Of a stretch of 64,000 nucleotides of DNA, positions 1 through 8,340 are shown one piece after another; position 1 is the stretch's first letter, and every line of letters starts with the position of its first letter. Position numbers and translations under genes: made by a program. The DNA is from an uncultured Clostridia bacterium. GTDB lineage: Bacteria; Bacillota; Clostridia; Christensenellales; Pumilibacteraceae. The stretch lies in NCBI GenBank assembly GCA_947066105.1, contig CAMSYM010000008.1, positions 26,695-90,694 of the forward strand, in the 5' to 3' direction. Under the pieces are notes generated by a model. It was not told the origin of the DNA. It saw only the letters and a program-made list of their open reading frames with translations, and ran no database searches.

Positions 1-201
1 CTCGCCGTTTTTCATCAACTCGATAGGCTCGCTCATAAGGTCGAAGCAAACGACGGCGAGCATTATCCCCGCCGCGAACGACAGTAGCAGGCTGACTATC
101 TTGTTGGATTCGCGACGCAATACCGCGCCGACGATACCGCCCAGCCCCGTGCCGATAACGCCCGAAATGAAAGTTATTACGATGATCGCCAAATAATCCA
201 A
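1..201 (-). CDS. ZIP (ZupT/GufA-like) metal transporter, N-terminal part, runs off the window edge
   Basis: Hand translation from TTG at 201 gives MDYLAIIVITFISGVIGTGLGGIVGAVLRRESNKIVSLLLSFAAGIMLAVVCFDLM. The GTGLGG and SFAAGIML segments are typical of ZIP TM1/TM2. AAGGA RBS upstream. Not in the ORF track. Confidence 0.75.
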   Translation of the reverse strand, partial: MDYLAIIVITFISGVIGTGLGGIVGAVLRRESNKIVSLLLSFAAGIMLAVVCFDLMSEPIELMKNGE

Positions 202-383
202 TGCAGTTATCCTTATAAACAGGTGAGTGCGGCTGTAAGCCGCTATTATCCGTAGTCGGTTTTTATTCCGAATTTATTATACTCGCAAAATCCGAAAAAC
301 GCAAGCGATATAGACGTCGGTGCGGCGGTACGTCGACAGTCGTTTCGGTCTTGCACTTCTTTTTAAAAGTTTTCTTAATACGT

Positions 384-412
384 TTGACAAATTTTCGTAC
401 AAGCTATATAAT
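384..412 (+). promoter_or_regulatory. sigmaA promoter of iscS
   Basis: TTGACA (384-389), 17 bp spacer, TATAAT (407-412). Confidence 0.8.
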
Positions 413-424
413 AGTTAAGCAGTT

Positions 425-449
425 AATTCATACTAAATCGATAGGAATT
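425..449. promoter_or_regulatory. Rrf2-family (CymR/IscR-like) operator
   Basis: Imperfect palindrome AATTCATACTAAATCGATAGGAATT between the -10 box and the iscS start. It fits the B. subtilis CymR box as I recall it. Confidence 0.55.
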
Positions 450-454
450 AAAAA

Positions 455-1660
455 TTGAACAACAGCGATAAAAAAACCATATATGTCGACAATGCGGCGA
501 CCACCGCGATGAGCAAGACGGCGATAAACGCCATGTTGCCGTATCTCGACGGGGTGTACGGCAATCCCAGTTCGTTGCACTCGGCGGGTCAAGCGGCAAA
601 GGACGCGCTCGAAGGCTTTCGCGCGCGCATAGCGGCGCGGCTCAATGCCGAAGCGGGCGAGATATACTTTACTTCGGGCGGGAGCGAGTCGGACAATCAA
701 GCGATACGTTCTGCGGCGGTCAACGGCGCAAAGCGCGGAAAAAAGCATATAGTCACTACGGCGTTCGAGCATCACGCGGTGCTGCACACGCTCAAAAAGT
801 TGGAGCGCGAAGGATATGAAGTGACTTATCTCGACGTACACGGTAACGGGATAGTTACGGCGGAGCAGGTCGCAAGCGCCGTGCGCGACGATACCGCGCT
901 CGTGACGGTGATGTTCGCCAACAACGAGATAGGCACGGTACAGCCGATAGCCGAGATAGGCGCGGTCTGCCGAGAAAAAAAGATCGTGTTCCATACCGAC
1001 GCGGTGCAGGCGGTCGGGCATGTGCCTGTCGACGTAAAGGCTATGAATATAGACATGCTGTCGCTGTCTGCGCATAAGTTCCACGGGGCAAAGGGCGCAG
1101 GCGCGCTGTACGTTAGGCGCGGCGTGCCTATCAATACGTTTATCGACGGCGGCGCGCAGGAAAAGGGTCGGCGCGCGGGTACGGAAAATCTCGCGGGCAT
1201 AGCGGCAATGGCGGCGGCGCTCGACGAGGCGTGCGACAATATGCAAAGCACTGCAAAGCGCGAACGCGCGCTGTGCGACACGCTGATAAAGGGTTTGTCG
1301 GAGATACCGCACAGCAAGCTCAACGGCGACAGGGAACGGCGGTTGCCCGGCATAGTAAATATGTGTTTCGAGGGCATAGAGGGCGAAGGCTTGCTGTTGT
1401 ACTTGGACGACATGGGCATTTGCGCGTCAAGCGGTTCGGCGTGTACGTCGGGTTCGCTCGATCCGTCGCACGTGCTGTTGGCGCTCGGTCTGCCGCACGA
1501 AGTGGCGCACGGCTCGTTGCGGTTGAGCTTATCGGAAGCTACTTCCGACGCCGACGTCGACGAGATATTAAAAGCCGTGCCGCAAGTAGTTAAAAAATTG
1601 CGCGATATGTCGCCCGTATGGGAAGCGCTCGAAAAGGGCGAGAAAGAACACCTTATTTAA
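455..1660 (+). CDS. iscS: Cysteine desulfurase IscS/NifS
   Basis: YVDNAATT, HHAV, SAHKFHG (PLP lysine) and SSGSACTSG (catalytic Cys) motifs. Followed by iscU. Confidence 0.95.
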   Translation: MNNSDKKTIYVDNAATTAMSKTAINAMLPYLDGVYGNPSSLHSAGQAAKDALEGFRARIAARLNAEAGEIYFTSGGSESDNQAIRSAAVNGAKRGKKHIVTTAFEHHAVLHTLKKLEREGYEVTYLDVHGNGIVTAEQVASAVRDDTALVTVMFANNEIGTVQPIAEIGAVCREKKIVFHTDAVQAVGHVPVDVKAMNIDMLSLSAHKFHGAKGAGALYVRRGVPINTFIDGGAQEKGRRAGTENLAGIAAMAAALDEACDNMQSTAKRERALCDTLIKGLSEIPHSKLNGDRERRLPGIVNMCFEGIEGEGLLLYLDDMGICASSGSACTSGSLDPSHVLLALGLPHEVAHGSLRLSLSEATSDADVDEILKAVPQVVKKLRDMSPVWEALEKGEKEHLI

Positions 1661-2060
1661 ATTCGGAATTAGGAATGCGGAGTGCGAAATTGATGTCAAT
1701 TAAGAATTTAACTGCGGTATTCTTTTGTCATCCTGAGCAACGCGAAGGATCTCATCTTTATAAATAAAATAAGGTAGAGATTCTTCACTGCGCTACGCTT
1801 GTTCAGAATGACAAAGAGATAGCACGCTACGCTTGTTCGGGACGACGATAACAGTAACACTTATGTGTAAACCCACAACTCACCACCCATCATTTCGAGC
1901 GGAACAAGCGATAAAGCACAACTAATACTAACGTAATTTAGAATTGTTTACTATTGTTTATCGTAACAAAAAACTACGCGTAGCCTCCGGCTACCGAGAA
2001 ATCAAGGCGATCCGCCGCAAGGTGAATGTATCCCGAGCGAAGCGAAGCATCGTGACCTTA
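1660..2060. repeat. Composite REP-like repeat (heptamer run, TGTCATCCTGAGC...AGAATGACA hairpin and second module), copy A
   Basis: 1726-1813 and about 1886-2027 are near-identical to 25713-25796 and about 25896-26036. Confidence 0.85.
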
Positions 2061-2089
2061 TAAAAAACAAAAGCATAAAAGGAGCTATC

Positions 2090-2521
2090 ATGGCATTATA
2101 CAGCGAAAAAGTTATGGATCATTTCCGCAACCCGCGCAACGTGGGCAAGCTCGACGACGCGGACGGCGTCGGCGAAGTGGGCAACGCGCGGTGCGGCGAT
2201 ATAATGAAGATATACATCAAGGTTGACGACGGCATAATAACCGACGTCAAGTTCAATACGTTCGGGTGCGGAAGCGCGATAGCGTCGTCGTCCATGGCGA
2301 CCGAAATGATAAAGGGCAAGCCCATATCGCAAGCGTTGGAGCTTACCAACAAAGCCGTTGCGGAAGCGCTCGACGGCTTGCCCGCGCATAAATTGCACTG
2401 TTCGGTGCTTGCCGAGGAAGCGATCCGTTCGGCGATAAAAGATTACTACGACCGCAACGGCATAGAATACGACGAGTCGCTTTTTCCCGAACAGCACGAC
2501 GAACACGACGGGGAGCAATAA
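2090..2521 (+). CDS. iscU: Fe-S cluster scaffold IscU/NifU
   Basis: MDHFRNPRNVG, CGDIM, FGCGSAIASSS and LHCS motifs. GGAG RBS. Confidence 0.95.
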   Translation: MALYSEKVMDHFRNPRNVGKLDDADGVGEVGNARCGDIMKIYIKVDDGIITDVKFNTFGCGSAIASSSMATEMIKGKPISQALELTNKAVAEALDGLPAHKLHCSVLAEEAIRSAIKDYYDRNGIEYDESLFPEQHDEHDGEQ

Positions 2522-2580
2522 AGCGCTTGATAATATTACGGGCTTTTATATTCATCTACAATAAATAAACGTTAAAAATC

Positions 2581-2615
2581 ATACGCTCGGCGAATCCATG
2601 TCGAGCGTATTTTTT
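2581..2615 (+). terminator. Intrinsic terminator after iscU
   Basis: ATACGCTCGGC / GTCGAGCGTAT stem followed by a T run. Confidence 0.7.
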
Positions 2616-2633
2616 CGGCAAGAAAGAATACTC

Positions 2634-2662
2634 TTGACTTTTTTCATCATTTACGGTATACT
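2634..2662 (+). promoter_or_regulatory. sigmaA promoter of the LRR lipoprotein
   Basis: TTGACT, 17 bp spacer, TATACT. Confidence 0.65.
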
Positions 2663-2712
2663 TATACAAGATTTTAAAACTTTTGTTCGCATCGATTCGA
2701 AAGGAGGAAAGC

Positions 2713-5700
2713 ATGAGAAGAATAAAAGCTATTGCGATATTTTCGGCATTTATAGCGGCGTTTTGCTGTGCGCTGTCGGCATGCGCGTCGAGTAGCGGCG
2801 GAAATACAGACGGCGGGAACGGCGATAAGCCGCCGGAACATTTTCATGCGTGGTCTGTCGCGTATACGAACGACGGCAACAGGCATTATCGAACCTGCAA
2901 CGGTTGCGACGAAAAGAAGTACGACGAACACGGTTGGGATAAAGGTGAGATAACAACGCCGCCGACGTGCAAAGATCACGGTGTAAAGACTTATACCTGC
3001 GCGCAGTGCGGCTCGACAAAGACGGAGCAAGTAGCAAAGATCACAACGCATACATGGGATAACGGCGAAATAACAACGCCGTCGACATGCAAGGATTTCG
3101 GAGTAAAAACATATACGTGTACGGTGTGCGATGAAATTAAGACGGAGCAGTTGGCAAAATCGACTACGCATAGTTGGGGATCGTGGTATGATAAAGACGA
3201 AGCAGAACACGCGCGTTGCTGTTCGGTGTGCGAACAAACGGAAACTCGACCGCACGATTTTTCAAACGGAGATTGCGTATGCGGAAAAACCAACGATACT
3301 ACGCACGAGCATGTGTGGGCGGATACATACGTAAAAGACGGCAACAGGCATTACCAAACCTGCAACGGTTGCGACGAAAAGAAATACGGCGAACACGGTT
3401 GGGATAACGGCGAAATAACGACGCCGCCGACGTGCAAGGATCACGGCGTAAAGACTTATACCTGTGCGCAGTGCGGCGCGATCAAGACGGAGCAAGTGGA
3501 AAAAACCACGGCGCACACATGGAACAGCGGCGAGATAACGACGCCGCCCACATGTAAAGACTACGGTGTAAAAACATATACGTGTACGGTATGTGTCGAA
3601 ACCAAGACCGAGCAAGTAGAAAAAATTACAACGCATACATGGAACGACGGCGAAATAACGACGCCGCCGACGTGCAAGGATTACGGCGTAAAGACTTATA
3701 CCTGTGTGCAGTGCGGAGCGACCAAGAAGGTGCAAGTGGAAAGAACCACGACGCATACATGGAATAGCGGAGAAATAACAAAGCCGCCCACATGTAAAGA
3801 CTACGGTGTAAAAACATATACGTGTACGGTATGTGTCGAAACCAAGACCGAGCAAGTAGAAAAATCGACTACGCATAGTTGGGGATCGTGGTACATTAAA
3901 GACGAAGCCGAGCATATACGTTATTGTTCGGTGTGCAAACAGACTTTAACGGGTGCGCACGATTATACCGACGGCGATTGCGTATGCGGCAGTTCTGCGC
4001 CGCGGTTATCGTTTATGTTGAATCCTGACGGCTTCGGGTATTCCGTAGTCGGTATCGGCACGATCGATAGTTCGGAAATAATCATACCGTCCGAGTATAA
4101 CGGCAAGCCCGTTACCGGCATTAATAGCGGTGCATTCAGCAATTGCGTCGATATTACGAGCGTAACGATATCGAATTCCGTTACGAGTATAGGCGAGCAT
4201 GCGTTTTACGGTTGCGACGGCTTAAAGTGCGTGACGGTAGGAAGCGGCTTGATCGAGATCGCCGGCGGCGCGTTCGACAATTGCGTAAATTTGACGGATA
4301 TTCATATTAGCGATATTGCAAGCTGGTGCGGCATTGACGGGCTGGAAAATTTACGGGCGGCTCATACTTCCGCGCGAAAGCTATATTTAAACGGTCAGCC
4401 GTTGGCGGGAGCTTTGACGATTCCCGGCAAAGCGGGATGTGTTCCCGATTACGCGTTTTACGGTTGCGACGGCTTGATGGGCGTTACGATAGAAAACGGC
4501 GTTACGAGTATAGGCGAGCATGCGTTTTACGGTTGCGACGGTATAATGAACGTATCTATATCCGACAGCGTCGTAAGCATAGGTGAGCGCGCATTCGCCG
4601 AAACGGGATATCACAACGACGAAAAAAATCGGACAGACGGAATTTTGTACATAGGCAACTTTTTGATAGATGCGGACAAATACATGATCGGGGAATGTAC
4701 GATCAAGCAGGGAACGACGGTCATCGCCGATAATGCGTTTAGATCTTGCAATAGAATAAGCAGCCTTGTTATTCCCGATTCGGTGATCGCCGTAGGTAAA
4801 AATGCATTCGAGCATTGCGTCGGATTAACGAGCGTGATTATAGGAAAAGGCGTAACGAGCATACCGAACGGAACTTTTGCGAATTGCTACGGGTTAAAAA
4901 GCATAGTTATTCCCGCGACGGTAAAAAGCATAGGCGCGCATGCGTTCAATTCCTGTGGCGGCTTGCAAAGCGTGACGCTATCGGACGGTTTGACGAGCAT
5001 AGGCGAATACGCGTTCGCGTTCTGCTTTGATTTAACGAGCGTTACGATTCCGCGTTCGGTCGTCGAAATGGGCTCCGAAGCGTTTGGCGGGACCGATATT
5101 GCGGTAATGTATTGCCAAGCGTCAAGCAAACCGAGCGGGTGGACGGACGGCTGGATAAGCTCGGAGAATCCTATAATTTGGGATTGCGATAACAACGACA
5201 AGGACGCCGACGGTTTTGTGTACGCGGAGCTCGACGGCATAAGATATTGCTTAAAGGACGGCGTGGCGCGAGTGTACCGCCACGGGCGGAATATAACGAC
5301 CGCAAATATACCGTCGGATGTGTCGTACGGCGGCAAAACGTACGATGTTAAGACAATATCGGATCGCGCGTTTTACGGCTGCGAACATCTGCAAAGCGTA
5401 TCCATCCCGAACTCGGTGACGACGATCGGCGAGCGCGCGTTCGTGCATTGCGACGGGCTGACGAGCGTGATCATACCGAATTCGGTAACGGTGATCGGCG
5501 CGTATGCATTCGATTATTGCTCCGGCTTGGCAAGCGTAACATTGCCCGTCGGCTTGACTGATATAGGCGAAGGCGCTTTCGGCTATTGCGTCGGCTTGAC
5601 GAGTATTATCATACCGAGCGCAGTCAAAAATATCGGCGGTTACGCGTTTTACGAATGCTCGGGCTTGACCGTGTACTGCGAAGCGGCGAGCGCCGCGAGC

Positions 5701-7176
5701 GGTTGGGAAAGCGATTGGAATATTTCCGATTGTCCGGTGGTGTGGAATTGCAAAAACAACGATAAGGACGCCGCCGGCAACATGTACGCGTCGCTCGACG
5801 GCGTACGGTATTTGTTAAAGAACGGCGTCGCTACGGTAACCGTTCAGCCGCGGAACATAACGATTGCCGATATCCCCGCAGCAATAACGTATAACGGCGC
5901 AACGTATTCCGTAACGAATATCGTGGACAAAGCATTTTATCGTTGCGAATCTCTTACCGTAGTGAATATACCCGATTCGGTCGCGAGCATCGGGATCGAA
6001 GCGTTTTCGGGCTGCGAGAGCTTGGCAAGCATAACGATGGGCAAAAGCGTGACGAGCATAGGCGAATACGCGTTTTACGAATGCCGAAGCTTGACGAGCA
6101 TGACCTTGCCAAGCGGAGTAACGCGTATCGGGCGGTACGCTTTCGACGAATGCAGTATACTTATATTATATTGCGAAGCGACGAGCGCGCCGAGCGGTTG
6201 GCACGCAAGCTTCAATTCGACCGATTGCCCGATCGTATGGGACTGCAAAAACAACGAAAAGGACAAAGACGGGTTTATGTATGCGGAGCTCGACGGCATA
6301 AGATATTCGCTTAAGGACGGCTCGGCGTCGGTCATCCGTCAATCCATGTTCATAAAAACCGCGATCATGCCCGCCGAAGTTTCGTATAAGGGCGCGACCT
6401 ATGCCGTGACGCGCATAGCCGATCACGCGTTTTCGGGCTGTCAATATTTGCAAAGCGTATCCGTGCCGAGCTCGGTGACAGTAGTGGGGTACTGTGCGTT
6501 TAACGGTTGCGACAGCTTGCAACATACTCTTTACGGCAACGCGCTGTATATCGGTAACGAAAGTAACCCGTACTATGTGTTGTTAAGTTCGGTGGACGGC
6601 GATATAGCGTCGTGCACGATACACGATGATACGCGGATAATATGCGCCGCCGCATTCTCTTTTTGTCACAACTTGAAAAGCGTTACGATACCTAAGTCGG
6701 TGACTTATATAGGCGACGGTGCGTTTAGGGGCTGTCAACTGAAAAATATAACGGCGGAAAGCGGGAATACTCGTTATATAAGTTCCGGCAATTGTTTGAT
6801 AGATACCGTTACCGATACATTGATATACGCTTGCGCCGACGGAGCAATACCGTCGGATGGTAGCGTGACAGTTATCGGCGAATACGCGTTTCATAATTAC
6901 AACAGTTTGATCGAAATAATCTTACCCGACGGAGTGACGCATATAGCCGCGCACGCCTTCGAGTATTGCGCCGATCTGGCGAGAGTCGATCTACCGAACT
7001 CGGTAGAATTTATAGGCGAATTTGCTTTTTCGGGTTGTATTAAATTGACAAGCATAACCTACCAAGGCACAAAATCGCAGTGGAGTAAAATACAAAAACA
7101 CGAGAATTTCTGCGACGGGAATGTAAAAACGATCGTTTGTACGGACGGCGTGATAAGTTTGAATCAAAGGCTATAA
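2713..7176 (+). CDS. Surface lipoprotein with Cys/His-rich 40-aa repeats and BspA-type (LRR_5) leucine-rich repeats
   Basis: GGAGG RBS and ATG 2713. Lipobox LSAC. Repeats HxWxxGEITTPPTCKDxGVKTYTCxxC. Many IPxSVTxIGxxAFxxCxxL repeats. Confidence 0.85.
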   Translation: MRRIKAIAIFSAFIAAFCCALSACASSSGGNTDGGNGDKPPEHFHAWSVAYTNDGNRHYRTCNGCDEKKYDEHGWDKGEITTPPTCKDHGVKTYTCAQCGSTKTEQVAKITTHTWDNGEITTPSTCKDFGVKTYTCTVCDEIKTEQLAKSTTHSWGSWYDKDEAEHARCCSVCEQTETRPHDFSNGDCVCGKTNDTTHEHVWADTYVKDGNRHYQTCNGCDEKKYGEHGWDNGEITTPPTCKDHGVKTYTCAQCGAIKTEQVEKTTAHTWNSGEITTPPTCKDYGVKTYTCTVCVETKTEQVEKITTHTWNDGEITTPPTCKDYGVKTYTCVQCGATKKVQVERTTTHTWNSGEITKPPTCKDYGVKTYTCTVCVETKTEQVEKSTTHSWGSWYIKDEAEHIRYCSVCKQTLTGAHDYTDGDCVCGSSAPRLSFMLNPDGFGYSVVGIGTIDSSEIIIPSEYNGKPVTGINSGAFSNCVDITSVTISNSVTSIGEHAFYGCDGLKCVTVGSGLIEIAGGAFDNCVNLTDIHISDIASWCGIDGLENLRAAHTSARKLYLNGQPLAGALTIPGKAGCVPDYAFYGCDGLMGVTIENGVTSIGEHAFYGCDGIMNVSISDSVVSIGERAFAETGYHNDEKNRTDGILYIGNFLIDADKYMIGECTIKQGTTVIADNAFRSCNRISSLVIPDSVIAVGKNAFEHCVGLTSVIIGKGVTSIPNGTFANCYGLKSIVIPATVKSIGAHAFNSCGGLQSVTLSDGLTSIGEYAFAFCFDLTSVTIPRSVVEMGSEAFGGTDIAVMYCQASSKPSGWTDGWISSENPIIWDCDNNDKDADGFVYAELDGIRYCLKDGVARVYRHGRNITTANIPSDVSYGGKTYDVKTISDRAFYGCEHLQSVSIPNSVTTIGERAFVHCDGLTSVIIPNSVTVIGAYAFDYCSGLASVTLPVGLTDIGEGAFGYCVGLTSIIIPSAVKNIGGYAFYECSGLTVYCEAASAASGWESDWNISDCPVVWNCKNNDKDAAGNMYASLDGVRYLLKNGVATVTVQPRNITIADIPAAITYNGATYSVTNIVDKAFYRCESLTVVNIPDSVASIGIEAFSGCESLASITMGKSVTSIGEYAFYECRSLTSMTLPSGVTRIGRYAFDECSILILYCEATSAPSGWHASFNSTDCPIVWDCKNNEKDKDGFMYAELDGIRYSLKDGSASVIRQSMFIKTAIMPAEVSYKGATYAVTRIADHAFSGCQYLQSVSVPSSVTVVGYCAFNGCDSLQHTLYGNALYIGNESNPYYVLLSSVDGDIASCTIHDDTRIICAAAFSFCHNLKSVTIPKSVTYIGDGAFRGCQLKNITAESGNTRYISSGNCLIDTVTDTLIYACADGAIPSDGSVTVIGEYAFHNYNSLIEIILPDGVTHIAAHAFEYCADLARVDLPNSVEFIGEFAFSGCIKLTSITYQGTKSQWSKIQKHENFCDGNVKTIVCTDGVISLNQRL

Positions 7177-7285
7177 CGCTTTATCGAAAATAGCTTTGCT
7201 TTTTACGAAAACGTGTTCGGCACGCGTCTTATTGTGTGCGATTTTTGCGCAAATAAGAAATTTTACAAACTGCGGTAAATATCGC

Positions 7286-7314
7286 TTGACATGTCGCGAT
7301 CCTATATGTATAAT
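7286..7314 (+). promoter_or_regulatory. sigmaA promoter of the MarR-ABC unit
   Basis: TTGACA, 17 bp spacer, TATAAT. Confidence 0.8.
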
Positions 7315-7316
7315 GC

Positions 7317-7348
7317 TATCTAACACTGTTAGCTAATAGTGTTAGATA
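7317..7348. promoter_or_regulatory. Probable MarR operator (32-bp palindrome)
   Basis: TATCTAACACTGTTAGCTAATAGTGTTAGATA overlaps the predicted transcription start. Confidence 0.7.
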
Positions 7349-7374
7349 ATTTTACGTTCGGTTGGGAGCAAAAA

Positions 7375-7824
7375 ATGGAAACGGAAAAGGAAAATCGGGC
7401 TAAGGAGTTTATTCGCAAATTTCACGACAGCCGCCCGAAAGATTTTTTCAAAAAGCTTGACGATAAGGACAAAGGTTCGGGACTTATCATGTTTATGCTT
7501 GCGGATTCGACGGGCGACGTGCTTGCGGGCGATATATCCAAAACGCTCGGCATGAGTACGCCGCAAGTCGCGACCGCGCTCAATTCGCTCGAAAAAAAGG
7601 GGTTTGTCGCGCGTTGCGCCGCACGGTCGGATAAACGCAAAACCGTCGTGCGATTGACCGATGCGGGCGTGGCGGAGATTGAGCGCGTGCAGGTAATGAC
7701 CGAGCAAACGGTGGAATATCTTATGGAAACCGTCGGCGAGCGCGATATGAACGAGTTTTTGCGCATAGTTTACCGCATAAAGGATGCGCTCGAACGCAAA
7801 GAAAAATGCGCAAATAATGCGTAA
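7375..7824 (+). CDS. MarR-family transcriptional regulator
   Basis: wHTH pattern LGMSTPQVATALNSLEKKGFVAR...DKRKTVVRLTDAG. GGGAG RBS before ATG 7375. Confidence 0.9.
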   Translation: METEKENRAKEFIRKFHDSRPKDFFKKLDDKDKGSGLIMFMLADSTGDVLAGDISKTLGMSTPQVATALNSLEKKGFVARCAARSDKRKTVVRLTDAGVAEIERVQVMTEQTVEYLMETVGERDMNEFLRIVYRIKDALERKEKCANNA

Positions 7825-8202
7825 TTGGGAATGTATAATGCGTAATCGAATGTCGATTTGATTTCGGAATCAACGACCGCAACGCGGTGATTGATAAAAT
7901 GCGAAATAATCATTAGAAAATGCGTTATCGTTCTGCGGCGGATCGCCTTGCTTTCTCGATAGCCAAAGGCTACGCGGAGCTTTTGTTTTCTATTATTGCA
8001 GTTAAACGTTCTTACCAACAAATAATTAGTACTGCTTTTACGCTCGCTCCGCTCGAAATGATGGTGTGTTGGTCGCGGTATGCTTTTCCATAAAAAAAGA
8101 AACACTTTTCCACGCACCCCGTCATTACAATTGTTAGAGAAGAATAGCTAAACCACTCTCTCATTCATCTCGATCGTAAGGAAAGAATATTCAAATCCAG
8201 CG

Positions 8203-8266
8203 CCCCATCATCTCGACCGAAACGAGCGATAGCGAGCGGAGCGGAGAGATCCAGGCGTAGCCGCAC
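8203..8266. repeat. REP-like unit CATCTCGACCGAAACGAGCG...GGAGAGATC
   Basis: Reverse-complement match to the units at about 25622-25690 and 26085-26145. Confidence 0.8.
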
Positions 8267-8340
8267 TATATTAATCGCCCCGCAGGCTTAATTCTTAATT
8301 AACATTCAATTCCGCATTCCGAATTAAAAAAGGAGATACG

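Noticed and set aside
2930-3880. Regularly spaced 120-bp DNA repeats resembling a CRISPR-like array
   Set aside because: They are in-frame coding repeats of the lipoprotein, with no unique spacers and no cas genes
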